Shown here one piece after another: positions 48,823 to 58,292 of a stretch of DNA of 64,000 nt (position 1 is its first letter; each line of letters begins with the position of its first letter). The stretch is from an uncultured virus (IMG/VR IMGVR_UViG_3300037471_001331) (taxonomy: Duplodnaviria; Heunggongvirae; Uroviricota; Caudoviricetes). A model generated the notes under the pieces. That model worked only from the letters and a program-made list of their open reading frames with translations, had not been told where the DNA came from and ran no database searches. The stretch lies in the IMG/VR virus record IMGVR_UViG_3300037471_001331. One strand, given 5' to 3'. The position numbers were made by a program, and so were the translations under genes.

Positions 48823-49343
48823 CGATAGGGCTCCAATCGGGTCATCATCTCGGCCCGGCGCTCCTCGGGAACGAGGTCGTCGAGGATGCCCATGACGGTG
48901 TCCATGAATTCGACCACCTTGCGCGCGGCGGTGAAGCGCTCGCGGATCGTGACCAGCTTCTCGAGAAGCATCGCCCGGGTCTTGTAGATCGAGAGCTTGG
49001 TGGCGGTGTCGAGCTGCTTCTTCTCGCCGGCCATGTCCTTGTCGAGGTTCCGCAGCTCCTTCAGCAGCTCCTTGGTCTCGTTCTCGACCTCGCTGACCTC
49101 GTCCTCGCCGAGCTCGCGCTTCTTGCTCGGACGGCCGACCTTGCCCTTGGCCGGCTTCTCGATGAACTTCTCGACGGTCTCGACGATCGTCTTGGGCTGG
49201 AACAGCTGCTCGAGCAGTTTCACCGTGTCGTTGTCGTAAGGGCACTCCGCCTTGCGGAGGTAACCCGGCTCTGCATCGCACGATGCCTTGAGCGCCGAGA
49301 GCCCCTGAAGGACACCGAGGCGCAGCGTGGGATAGTTGCTCAT
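48819..49343 (-). CDS. Hypothetical helical protein, candidate terminase small subunit
   Basis: KVGRPSK then helical C-terminus; divergent from terL; function inferred from adjacency only. Confidence 0.45.
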   Translation of the reverse strand: MSNYPTLRLGVLQGLSALKASCDAEPGYLRKAECPYDNDTVKLLEQLFQPKTIVETVEKFIEKPAKGKVGRPSKKRELGEDEVSEVENETKELLKELRNLDKDMAGEKKQLDTATKLSIYKTRAMLLEKLVTIRERFTAARKVVEFMDTVMGILDDLVPEERRAEMMTRLEPYR

Positions 49344-49391
49344 CCCGACCCTAAGACTCCCGGGCCGGAAAAATTGCACGGCGATTTTTTG

Positions 49392-49408
49392 AAGTGACTC
49401 AGTCACCT
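49392..49408. promoter_or_regulatory. Operator-like palindrome, copy 14 (AAGTGACTCAGTCACCT)
   Basis: Sits at the early/late divergence; preceded by ATTTTTTG as in the origin-like repeats. Confidence 0.8.
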
Positions 49409-49462
49409 CTAACCCACAACCCGCCCTGTTCCCGCCGCTAAACCACAGCCACAGGCTCGGCG

Positions 49463-51187
49463 ATGTTCGAGGAGCTCTACCAGTCGGTGAAGCAGCGCTA
49501 CGGCGCGGGCTCTTCAACCCAGTCGATGAGCGAATGGGTTCACAACAACACGACGATCAAGCGCAACACGCCGTTCGAGCCGTACCATTTCCAGCGCGCG
49601 ATCCTTGACGACATGCATCCCGACCTCAGCTGCATCAAATGCTCGCAGGTCGGCCTCACCGAGGTGCAGCTCCGCAAATACCTCGGCATGCTGACGCGCA
49701 ACGACAGCATCAGCGGCATCTTCACGCTGCCCAACGAGGACATGTTCAAGCGCGTCTACAAGACCCGCATCAAGCCGCTGCTCGACCGCGACGAGGTCTT
49801 CAACCCGCCGGCCGACGTCAAGCCGATCCGCTCGACCGGCCTGATCCAGATCAAGGACAGTTTCGGCTACATCACCGGGTGCGGCGAGGACGACGCGACC
49901 AGCATCCCCGCCGACTTCCTGATGCACGACGAGCTCGACCTCAGCCCCGAGGACATGATCGGCCTCTACCAGTCGCGTCTGCAGAATTCAGACATGCGGA
50001 TCACGCAGAAATTTTCGACGCCGACCTTCCTCAACTACGGGATCGACAAGAGCTACAAGCTGACGGACCAGCGCGAGTACGAGGTCCGCTGCGAGGCCTG
50101 CAACCACTGGCAGATCCCGCGCTTCACGCCCAAGCACGTCCACTGCCCCGAGTTCGAGGCTCTCGACCTTAAGGAATTCACCGACCTCACCGCCGAGATC
50201 ATCGCCACGATGGATCTCTCCGAGACCTGGGTGAAATGCGAGCGGTGCGAGCGGCGCCTAGACCTCATCGACCCGTCACTGCGCGAGTGGGTGGCCCGCT
50301 ACCCCAGTCGCAGCGCTTTCCGGGGCTATTACGTCCGCCCGTTCTCCGCCGGCCGGCTCGACCCGGCCTACGTCTTCGGCCAGCTCGCCAAATATCTCCA
50401 GCAGGGCTTCCTTCGCGGCTTCTACAACACCGTGCTCGGCGAGCCCTTCAACTCTGCCGACGCCCAGGTCCAGCGCGAGGACGTTGAGGCGTGCATGAAG
50501 GGCGGGGACATCCCCGACATTGGCGCCGACGTGCCGGTGTTCCTCGGCATCGACGTCGGCTTCCAGTGCTACATCACCCTCTCGATCGAGACCGAGGATG
50601 GCCTTCCCGAGTGGATCCTCTTCGAGCAGGTGCCCTACGCCCGGCTCGAGCAGCGGGTGTCGGAGCTCCGCAAGGTCTACAACCTCGCCCAGGGCGCGAT
50701 CGACCGCTTCCCGTTCGAGCCGACGGCTGCGGCGCTCCGTGACCACACCCAGGGCCTGGTCATGCCGATCCAGTGGCGGGGCACCGCAGCGCTTGCGCCG
50801 CACAAGGACGAGCTCGGGGTGCTGACCCATTATTCGGCCAACCAGGTGCAGATCTTCGATCGCATCCTCGCCGCAATCTCTCAGCGGAAGATGGTGATCC
50901 GCGGTTACACACATTTGAAGGAGACGCTGATCACGCATCTCTGCGACATGGTGCGCGATGAGAACCCCGACGCCAATGCTGAGGCCACCTGGAAAAAGAC
51001 GACCGGCAACGATCACTTCTTCCACAGCATGGCGTTCAACCTTCTGAGCCGGAGGATCTGCGAACACATGTACCAGACCCAGAGCGGGGTGATCGCCACT
51101 TCCTCGCTGATTTCAGGGATCGCGGCGCCTGCGCCGAGCAACCTGCTGCGTAGCGCGGCCAAGCTGTCGAGGCTCGGCGCGCGGTGA
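49463..51187 (+). CDS. terL: Terminase large subunit (lambda GpA-like)
   Basis: KCSQVGLTE Walker A, HDELD Walker B, STPT, CEAC/CERC zinc motifs, GIDVG, DHFFH. Confidence 0.92.
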   Translation: MFEELYQSVKQRYGAGSSTQSMSEWVHNNTTIKRNTPFEPYHFQRAILDDMHPDLSCIKCSQVGLTEVQLRKYLGMLTRNDSISGIFTLPNEDMFKRVYKTRIKPLLDRDEVFNPPADVKPIRSTGLIQIKDSFGYITGCGEDDATSIPADFLMHDELDLSPEDMIGLYQSRLQNSDMRITQKFSTPTFLNYGIDKSYKLTDQREYEVRCEACNHWQIPRFTPKHVHCPEFEALDLKEFTDLTAEIIATMDLSETWVKCERCERRLDLIDPSLREWVARYPSRSAFRGYYVRPFSAGRLDPAYVFGQLAKYLQQGFLRGFYNTVLGEPFNSADAQVQREDVEACMKGGDIPDIGADVPVFLGIDVGFQCYITLSIETEDGLPEWILFEQVPYARLEQRVSELRKVYNLAQGAIDRFPFEPTAAALRDHTQGLVMPIQWRGTAALAPHKDELGVLTHYSANQVQIFDRILAAISQRKMVIRGYTHLKETLITHLCDMVRDENPDANAEATWKKTTGNDHFFHSMAFNLLSRRICEHMYQTQSGVIATSSLISGIAAPAPSNLLRSAAKLSRLGAR

Positions 51188-52683
51188 ACAATCCTGTCAA
51201 GCTGATCCTGCCGAAGGGCAAGCTCAAGGGCGGTCGCAGCCTTACGCCGACGTACAACCCGTCGCAGAAGCTGCTCAAGCTCCCGACCTATCGCGAGCAT
51301 CTCGACGACCTCTACACGAACCGTCAAAGCACGGATTCGCGCGACCTTCTCAACACCCTGGTCAACCAGGACCCGGACGTGTCCGCGGCGGTCCATGCTT
51401 ATCTGTCGATCGCCGGCAGCGCGGACCTGGTGATCTACGCCTACGACGCCAACAACCAGCTCGACCCGCAGGGTATCGACCTTGCCAACCAGATCCTCGA
51501 GCAGATGACGGTCGTCTCCGACTATTCGATCGGCTATTCGAACAAGCCACTGCTCGAGACCCTGTGCAGCGACATGCGCTACTACCTGCTGCTGCGCGGG
51601 ATGATCGCTGGCGAGCTCGTCTTCGACAAACAGATGGTGCCAAGCGAGATGCGCCTGGTCGAGCCGTCCTCGATCAACTGGAACGAGACCCAGCCGGGCG
51701 TCTACGCTCCGTTCCAGCGGCCCAAGTCGGGTGGTGGCACGATCGACCTCAACATCCCGTCCTTCTTCATCACCCGGTTCCACCAGAACCCGACGGACGT
51801 CTCGACCTATTCGCCGTTCGTCGCCGCGATCAACACGATCGCCGCCCGCACCGAGGTCATCAACGAGCTCTATCGGATCATGCGCGTGGTCGGCTATCCG
51901 CGCCTCGATATCTCGGTGCTCGAGGAGGTGCTGTCGCAGAACGCACCGGCCACCATCCGTCAGAACCCGCAGAAGATCCGCGAATTCGTCGAGGGCGAGG
52001 TGGCCAAGGTCTCGGCCCAGATCGCGACCGTCCGGTCGGACCAGGCGCTCGTCCACTCGAGCGCGGTCACGGCCAAGGTCATCAACGACAAGAACCCCGG
52101 CGCCGGCCTCCAGATCCAGGGCGTCATCGACGTCCTCGACGCGCAGAACCAGGCCGCGCTCAAGGTCATGCCGGCCGTCATCGGCAAGGGCAATGGCGGG
52201 CAGGTCGCGAGCACCGAAGCACGCTTGTTCGCGCTCGCCTGCGACAGCCTCAACCGCCCGGTCGGCGAGCATTTCAGCAAGTCACTGACGCTCGCCGCGC
52301 GCCTCGCTGGCTACCAGGGTCGGATCGTCGTCAAGTTCAACCCGGTCGAGCTCCGCCCGGTGCTCGAGCTCGAGCCGCAGAAGGTGATGAAGTCCGCGCG
52401 CCTCAAGCAGGACCTCAGCGCCGGCCTCATCACCGATCTCGAATATCACATGGAGATGTACGGCCGTCCGCCGCCCGACGGCACGCCCGAGCTCTCCGGC
52501 ACCAACTTTCTCGCACAAAACGCAGGAGCTGCTTCAGTCGATGCCTCGGGAGTCACGCCGAACTCGGATCCGCTCGGCCGGTCGCTCGCTCCCGAAGGCG
52601 GGAAATCGGCGAAGTCCAAGGGAGCTTCCGCAGGAAACGGAGGAGCCAAGTCGAAGCTCACCTTCGAGCTCGACCTCGGTTGA
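51184..52683 (+). CDS. Portal protein
   Basis: 499 aa, GTGA-coupled to terL, DPDVSAAV N-terminal pattern; canonical position. Confidence 0.8.
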   Translation: MNNPVKLILPKGKLKGGRSLTPTYNPSQKLLKLPTYREHLDDLYTNRQSTDSRDLLNTLVNQDPDVSAAVHAYLSIAGSADLVIYAYDANNQLDPQGIDLANQILEQMTVVSDYSIGYSNKPLLETLCSDMRYYLLLRGMIAGELVFDKQMVPSEMRLVEPSSINWNETQPGVYAPFQRPKSGGGTIDLNIPSFFITRFHQNPTDVSTYSPFVAAINTIAARTEVINELYRIMRVVGYPRLDISVLEEVLSQNAPATIRQNPQKIREFVEGEVAKVSAQIATVRSDQALVHSSAVTAKVINDKNPGAGLQIQGVIDVLDAQNQAALKVMPAVIGKGNGGQVASTEARLFALACDSLNRPVGEHFSKSLTLAARLAGYQGRIVVKFNPVELRPVLELEPQKVMKSARLKQDLSAGLITDLEYHMEMYGRPPPDGTPELSGTNFLAQNAGAASVDASGVTPNSDPLGRSLAPEGGKSAKSKGASAGNGGAKSKLTFELDLG

Positions 52684-52751
52684 TGAGCAACCACTTCGGT
52701 TGAAGCGTGATTTCCTAGCCCCTGGCGTGAGGCGTTGCGAAACGCCGGGGC

Positions 52752-53084
52752 ATGAGCGTCCTCCAGCCTGTCGTTGACGACAACGGCAACCTGATCCTTC
52801 ACGGCCGGCAAGGCATCGTCCTCACGCTCGAGTTCTATAACTCGGACGGGACGCTCCGCGACATGACCGGCAAGACCGTCACGTTCGAGTGCGGCACGAC
52901 GCTCAACATCAACCTGGCTGTCGTCGGCGGCGCCCCGTGGCAGATGACGCTCACTCTGACCAACGCGAACGTGAAGACGATCGCGGCGCTCGCCGACCGG
53001 CAATTCGTGGTCATCGATAACAGCACGACCCAGCCGACGCCGGTCTGGGCCGGCACCGTCTACATCGTGGGCTGGACCGAATGA
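52752..53084 (+). CDS. Virion-associated beta-rich protein
   Basis: 110 aa, coupled to the fibre gene. Confidence 0.65.
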   Translation: MSVLQPVVDDNGNLILHGRQGIVLTLEFYNSDGTLRDMTGKTVTFECGTTLNINLAVVGGAPWQMTLTLTNANVKTIAALADRQFVVIDNSTTQPTPVWAGTVYIVGWTE

Positions 53085-55513
53085 AGGTCGAAATCCAGCC
53101 GGTCGTGGCGAAGGTCGAGATCCATCCCGACCAGCCGATCGTGCGCGTCATGGGCACGACGGGCCAGACGGGGCTTACCGGCATTCGCTGGGTTTACTCG
53201 ACGTGGGCCGCGCTCTCGGCAGTGACCGGCCCCGTTGCGGGATACACGGCCGAGGTGCCGACAAGCGACGCCGGCACGCACACCGATCCGGTCGTCGGCG
53301 GCACGGTCAGCAACAGCGGTATCTACAGCTGGTCGGTGACCCCGGCCGGCTGGAAGCGCGTGGCCGACACTGATGCTATTTCGGCCAAGCCCTACGCGGA
53401 CGCCGCCGCAGCCAGCGCCTCAGCGGCAGCTGCGGCCTCGTACAACATCGAATGCGGGGTCCATATCAGTGACTCCAGCGGCATCCAGAACGGCGTCTAC
53501 CTCGCCGGCGTCAACATGCGCGCGACGACCCTCGGTCGGCTTTACGCGCAAATTGTGCAGGGAGGCGGAACGGGAACGCTGTCACTGCTGATCGATGGCC
53601 ATTTGGCCTATGGGCCGGTCAACTTCGGCCCCGAAGGGTTCCTCGACAACGCCCTGGTCGTCAGCGTTCCGGAGGGCGCTCGCGCCGAGATCCAGCTGAG
53701 CGGTCTCAACGACACGATGACCGAGATCATCGTAAGCGTGCGTGCCGCAGCCGTGATGGCGGCGGGCGGAAACACCGCTGCTGCGCTGACCTTCAACAAC
53801 AGCGGCGCGGGTGCTGCGTCGGGAGCCGTGTTCAATGGCAGCGCCGCGATCACCATCTCCTCCAACACGATCGGCGCCCAGCCGTCCAACCTCAATCTCA
53901 CGGCCTACGCCGGTGCGAACTGGACGGGCGGTGTCCAGATCCCGGCGCTTATCGGTGTCAACAACGTCGCGCTGAAAACGGTCGGCAGCGCCGCGGGCAA
54001 CATCCTCGACAAAGCGGCCGGCGACAGTCTCTATGTGCCAGGAACGCTCGACACCGACCCCCTGATGGCGGCGAACAGCAACACGCGCGTCCCCTCGCAA
54101 GCTGCCGTTCGGACATATGTCAGCAACGCTCTCACCAGCGTCTACCGGATCAAGGGCAGCACGGACTGTTCGACCAACCCCAATTATCCGGCGGCAACGG
54201 CGGGCGACGCTTATGTCGTGACCGTCGCAGGCAAGATCGGCGGCGCCTCGGGTGACCCGGTCGACGTGGGCGACGTTTATTTCGCCGTTGTCGACAACGC
54301 CGGAGGCACGAAAGCGGCGGTTGGCGCGAGCTGGGATATCCTCGAGCATAACCTCGCCGGCGCGCTTCTCTCGGCGAACAACCTCTCCGACATCACGAAC
54401 CCGACAACGGCTCGCGCCAATCTCGGCCTGGTGATCGGCACCGACGTCCAGGCGTATGACGCGGACTTGGCCGCGATCGCCGCGCTGACGACGAGTGGCT
54501 TCGGCCGCGGGTTCCTGGTGCTCGCCGACGCCGCTGCCGCTCGAGCTTACATCGGCGCGGGCGGAAACGACCGCAACGTCCAGTTCAACAACGCCGGGAC
54601 CCCTGACGGCGCAGCCGCGGTCGACATCGACGTGGACGGCAACCTTCGTCTCGACAGCACGACGCCTTCGGTGAGCCCTGGCGTCGACCAGCTGGCCTTG
54701 ATGGCGGACCGATTGGCAGGTGGCGGAGGCACGGGGCGTCTCCGCACGCGCGGCGAGGACGGCATCTACCGTTCGATGCAAACGCACTTCGGTTTCAACA
54801 GCATCGTCTGGTCGCAAGCGGTCGGTGCGAGCGCCAGCCTGCCGACGGTGAACGGCCTGACCGGCTGGACGTCGGTCGGCACCGTCACCAATCGCGCCTT
54901 CGGGACCACCAGCCGTGCTACTCGACTGCGCCGCGTGGGCTACGTTAGCGCGGCGGGGGCGGGAAACGCGGCCGGCCTCTACAATGGTGTCTCCGCCAAC
55001 AACGCTTTCACGACCGGCGGCGCTGACGGTGCCGGTCACCTTGTGGCGTTTCGGTTCGTGCCAAGCGACGCGGCAGCGGTCGCCACCGCACACATGTTCG
55101 TCGGCATGATCAACACAACCGCGGCACCGGGGGCGACGACCAACCCGAACACGCTGACCAATTGCTTCGGCGTCGCGCAGTGCAACGGCAGTGCGAACCT
55201 GCAGATCGTCTACGGGGGATCCGCCGCCCAGGCGCCGATCGATCTTGGAGCAAACTTCCCGGCCGGCGGGCTCTCGACGGATGCTTATCTGGTCATTTTC
55301 TATGCCCGCCCCGACGACGCGACCAAGGTCGCCTACTACGTCAAGCGGCTGAACACCGGCGACGTGGCGTCCGGTGTCCTCACGGGCGTGGCGGGCACGG
55401 CGCTGCCCGCCAACACCACTCTGCTCGGCGCGCGCTGCTATCGGGCGAACAACGCCACCGCCCTCGCGGTCGGCATCGATTTCGCCTCTTTCTACGCGGA
55501 GGCGGATCTCTGA
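53081..55513 (+). CDS. Fibre or appendage protein
   Basis: 810 aa Ala/Gly/Thr-rich; fibre motifs NNLSDITNPTTARANLGL and VQAYDADLAAIAAL...DAAAARAYIG. Confidence 0.8.
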   Translation: MKVEIQPVVAKVEIHPDQPIVRVMGTTGQTGLTGIRWVYSTWAALSAVTGPVAGYTAEVPTSDAGTHTDPVVGGTVSNSGIYSWSVTPAGWKRVADTDAISAKPYADAAAASASAAAAASYNIECGVHISDSSGIQNGVYLAGVNMRATTLGRLYAQIVQGGGTGTLSLLIDGHLAYGPVNFGPEGFLDNALVVSVPEGARAEIQLSGLNDTMTEIIVSVRAAAVMAAGGNTAAALTFNNSGAGAASGAVFNGSAAITISSNTIGAQPSNLNLTAYAGANWTGGVQIPALIGVNNVALKTVGSAAGNILDKAAGDSLYVPGTLDTDPLMAANSNTRVPSQAAVRTYVSNALTSVYRIKGSTDCSTNPNYPAATAGDAYVVTVAGKIGGASGDPVDVGDVYFAVVDNAGGTKAAVGASWDILEHNLAGALLSANNLSDITNPTTARANLGLVIGTDVQAYDADLAAIAALTTSGFGRGFLVLADAAAARAYIGAGGNDRNVQFNNAGTPDGAAAVDIDVDGNLRLDSTTPSVSPGVDQLALMADRLAGGGGTGRLRTRGEDGIYRSMQTHFGFNSIVWSQAVGASASLPTVNGLTGWTSVGTVTNRAFGTTSRATRLRRVGYVSAAGAGNAAGLYNGVSANNAFTTGGADGAGHLVAFRFVPSDAAAVATAHMFVGMINTTAAPGATTNPNTLTNCFGVAQCNGSANLQIVYGGSAAQAPIDLGANFPAGGLSTDAYLVIFYARPDDATKVAYYVKRLNTGDVASGVLTGVAGTALPANTTLLGARCYRANNATALAVGIDFASFYAEADL

Positions 55514-57582
55514 TGAGCGTTGTCGGCATCACCAACAAGCCGCGTTATGATTACCACCCCGCTTCCGAATTCGCGGGCGGCAAGACCGGCGCGTTGTGGG
55601 ATTTCTCCGGCGGCAAATGGCGCCGGATGGTTTTTCAGGACGCGGCAGCGACCATCCCCGTCACGACTGGTGACGGCTCGCAGACCGTCGGCTGCATCAA
55701 GAATGCGCTCGGTGACCCCAGCTGGGACCTGATCCAGGCCAATGCCGGAAACAAGCCGACGTTCAAGATCATCGACGGAGTGCCGCGCATCGTCTGCGGG
55801 CTCGGCACGGGCATGTACTCGCGCACGGTGCAATCGCTCGTCATCCCGGCGTTCATTTGCTGCGGGATGCGCCACAACGTTACCGGTGGCACCAACGGAC
55901 GAGTGATCCTGGGTCTCTACAGGAACGACAACAACTATTTCTATCTTTCCGACTCCACGCTTGCCGAGCTCGCGGCTGACACGACCGGCGTCTCGCCGCC
56001 GCGCACCGTCAGCCGCAAGACCGCGGTGACGTGCCAATACTCCTGCCCCCCGCTGAGCATGGACGCCGTCAGCGGCCTCATCGATTCGGCCGGTGTGATC
56101 AGCGTCCGCCAGACGGATGAGACTGTCCACGGCACCGATCAGGCAACCGCATGGGTCGCCGGAGATACGGTCCCGACCATGACGGTGGTGCTGAACGCCG
56201 CCGGTCAGAACGGTATCACGAGGCAACCGGGTGGCTACAACGCTGATGCGACGACGGATTTCTTCGGCGGCATGATGCTGATGGGCGCCGAGCCCCAGAA
56301 CCGCGAGGGTTGTCATCATTATTTCCGTCGTGTCCACGACCCCGTTGAGAAGCCGCGATCGACCGACAAGATCTATGCTTGGAACAGCGATTCGACGGGT
56401 GACAACCAGTTCGGCGCGACCGTGTTCATCGAGCCGCCTTTCAAGATCGCCACCGATTATTTCGTGCCCAATCACCCCGAAGCTTCGGTGTTCTATTTCG
56501 AGTGGGACCGGCAGTATGACAAGCTGACTGGCATCCAGCGGCTCTCGACCGGCACGACCGACGCGCGCATCTATGTCTATAACTTCGCGGTCAGCGGATC
56601 GCAGCCCGACTATTTCCTGGGCGAACGCTGGGCACGCTCGATCGGCGCGCTCCCGCACATCGACGCCTTTTTCGTCAACCACGGCCAGAACCTTGCAGTC
56701 AACGCCGTTACTGACCCGGCCGGCTATCTCCGCCGCGGCGATTGGTTCTGCCTCTCTGAGAAGCTCCGCAAGGCTTTCCCGACGACGCCGCAGCTCTACG
56801 TCCGCACCTACGAAGTCAACATCGCCGGCAGCACCTCGATCCTGCCGGTGGTCACGGCGCTCGATGCGGTCGTCGCAACCTACGGCGACGGGACCGGCAA
56901 GACCGACGTCAGGGCTAAGTTCGATGCGGACGGGAACCCCTCGACCTATTTCCAGACAGATCACGTCCACCTTACGGCGCCGGGTGTCCAGGCGTTCGTC
57001 GACCGCGCTGGGCCCGACATCATGGCGTTCCTCGCGGCGCCTGGCTCGGTCGCACCTCCGCTGATCAATCAGCCGAAGGTGGCGGCGAGCATCGGTCCCA
57101 ATCCGCTGTTCGCCACTTGGACGGACCCATCGCATCCGGATAGCTGGACGCCTGTCGGTGTCACCTGCGCGCACTCGTTCGAGCAGGTCGATACCGAGAA
57201 GGGTGACGCCGCTTCGCTTAAGGTCGTCGGCAACGGCTACGTCGAGGCAAGCTTCAACCTGGTGCCTTACCGCGGCTTGACGCTCGCGCTTTACACGCGG
57301 GTCTACATCCCTGGCGCGACGGCTGACCTGGTCTCGGGTCAGATCCAGTTCCTCGACGACAGTCCGACCAGTGGCCTCACGCACGGCAACAGCTGGGTCA
57401 AGGCCTTCAACGCCAAGCCGGTCGACGGCTGGGTCAGCTATACGCTCTGCACCAAGCAGATCCCCGCCGATGCGAATACCGGAAAAATCAGGCTCTATGC
57501 CGGAGCCGCGGCGGGCAAGATTGCCTTCTTCGGCCGCTGCGTCGTGAGCACCGGCTCGTCCCCGCGGGATCTCCAGCAATGA
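55513..57582 (+). CDS. Virion receptor-binding protein with SGNH esterase domain and carbohydrate-binding-like C-terminus
   Basis: TGATG coupling to the fibre; SGNH blocks NSDSTG, NFAVSGS, NHGQN, DHVH. Confidence 0.75.
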   Translation: MSVVGITNKPRYDYHPASEFAGGKTGALWDFSGGKWRRMVFQDAAATIPVTTGDGSQTVGCIKNALGDPSWDLIQANAGNKPTFKIIDGVPRIVCGLGTGMYSRTVQSLVIPAFICCGMRHNVTGGTNGRVILGLYRNDNNYFYLSDSTLAELAADTTGVSPPRTVSRKTAVTCQYSCPPLSMDAVSGLIDSAGVISVRQTDETVHGTDQATAWVAGDTVPTMTVVLNAAGQNGITRQPGGYNADATTDFFGGMMLMGAEPQNREGCHHYFRRVHDPVEKPRSTDKIYAWNSDSTGDNQFGATVFIEPPFKIATDYFVPNHPEASVFYFEWDRQYDKLTGIQRLSTGTTDARIYVYNFAVSGSQPDYFLGERWARSIGALPHIDAFFVNHGQNLAVNAVTDPAGYLRRGDWFCLSEKLRKAFPTTPQLYVRTYEVNIAGSTSILPVVTALDAVVATYGDGTGKTDVRAKFDADGNPSTYFQTDHVHLTAPGVQAFVDRAGPDIMAFLAAPGSVAPPLINQPKVAASIGPNPLFATWTDPSHPDSWTPVGVTCAHSFEQVDTEKGDAASLKVVGNGYVEASFNLVPYRGLTLALYTRVYIPGATADLVSGQIQFLDDSPTSGLTHGNSWVKAFNAKPVDGWVSYTLCTKQIPADANTGKIRLYAGAAAGKIAFFGRCVVSTGSSPRDLQQ

Positions 57583-58173
57583 TCAGCGGCAGATGGGTTG
57601 GAGATTGTCAGCCCATAGTCGCCGACCCTGCCGTGTGAGATGGACGCCGTCCCACGTCATAGGGACGGTCGGGGGCTTGATATAGCGCGGCTCCTTGGAG
57701 AGCGCGGCATCCATGAGGGCAATTCGTTTCTGGGAATAGGCGGGGTTCTTCGTCTCCTCGACTGGCCATAAGCCGACGACGTAGGAGCCTGTCGGTCGGA
57801 TGCTCCGGTATTCCTTCGCCCACGTCTGAAGATTAAAGGGGTGCGCGGTCGCGGCGTTGTTCGTGCCGAGCGCAAAGATGACAATCTTCGGCTTTGTGGT
57901 CCGAACCAACCAAGGGGCCAGTTTCAGCCAATGCTCCACGCGGGTTCCGGCGATGCCGGCATTGAGCACCTGGAGGCCACATAGCTCCGAAATGTTCTCC
58001 GCCTGTGTGATGCTGTCGCCGATGAGAAGCACCTGACCCTTCGGAAACCGCGGGGCGTCCCTGACGATCTGGTCGCGTCGCTCAGCCAGCGTCGGTCTGT
58101 CTTCGTGCCAGACCACGCAACCAACGACGACTAAGACAGCCAAGCCGAGTGTGATCTGACCGCCGCGCTTCAT
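57583..58173 (-). CDS. Membrane-anchored SGNH/GDSL esterase (moron-like)
   Basis: N-terminal TM; IGDSIT, NAGIAG, GTNN, DGVH; antisense to the head operon, lower GC. Confidence 0.88.
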   Translation of the reverse strand: MKRGGQITLGLAVLVVVGCVVWHEDRPTLAERRDQIVRDAPRFPKGQVLLIGDSITQAENISELCGLQVLNAGIAGTRVEHWLKLAPWLVRTTKPKIVIFALGTNNAATAHPFNLQTWAKEYRSIRPTGSYVVGLWPVEETKNPAYSQKRIALMDAALSKEPRYIKPPTVPMTWDGVHLTRQGRRLWADNLQPICR

Positions 58174-58292
58174 CGGGGCACCTAACGAGAGTTGCTGCCG
58201 CGAGTAAAGCGGGGCGCGCCGCGTCGCGGTGAACAGCGGTTGACGGCTCTTTGCTCGAAGGAGCCGTGACCACCCGCGTAGGCGCTCAGGGC

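Noticed and set aside
1237..49408. CRISPR array or REP-like element from the 17-bp repeats
   Set aside because: Copies are kilobases apart and irregularly spaced, with no spacer structure, cas genes or transposase.
53081..57582. Diversity-generating retroelement or invertible fibre cassette
   Set aside because: No reverse transcriptase, template/variable repeat pair or invertase seen.
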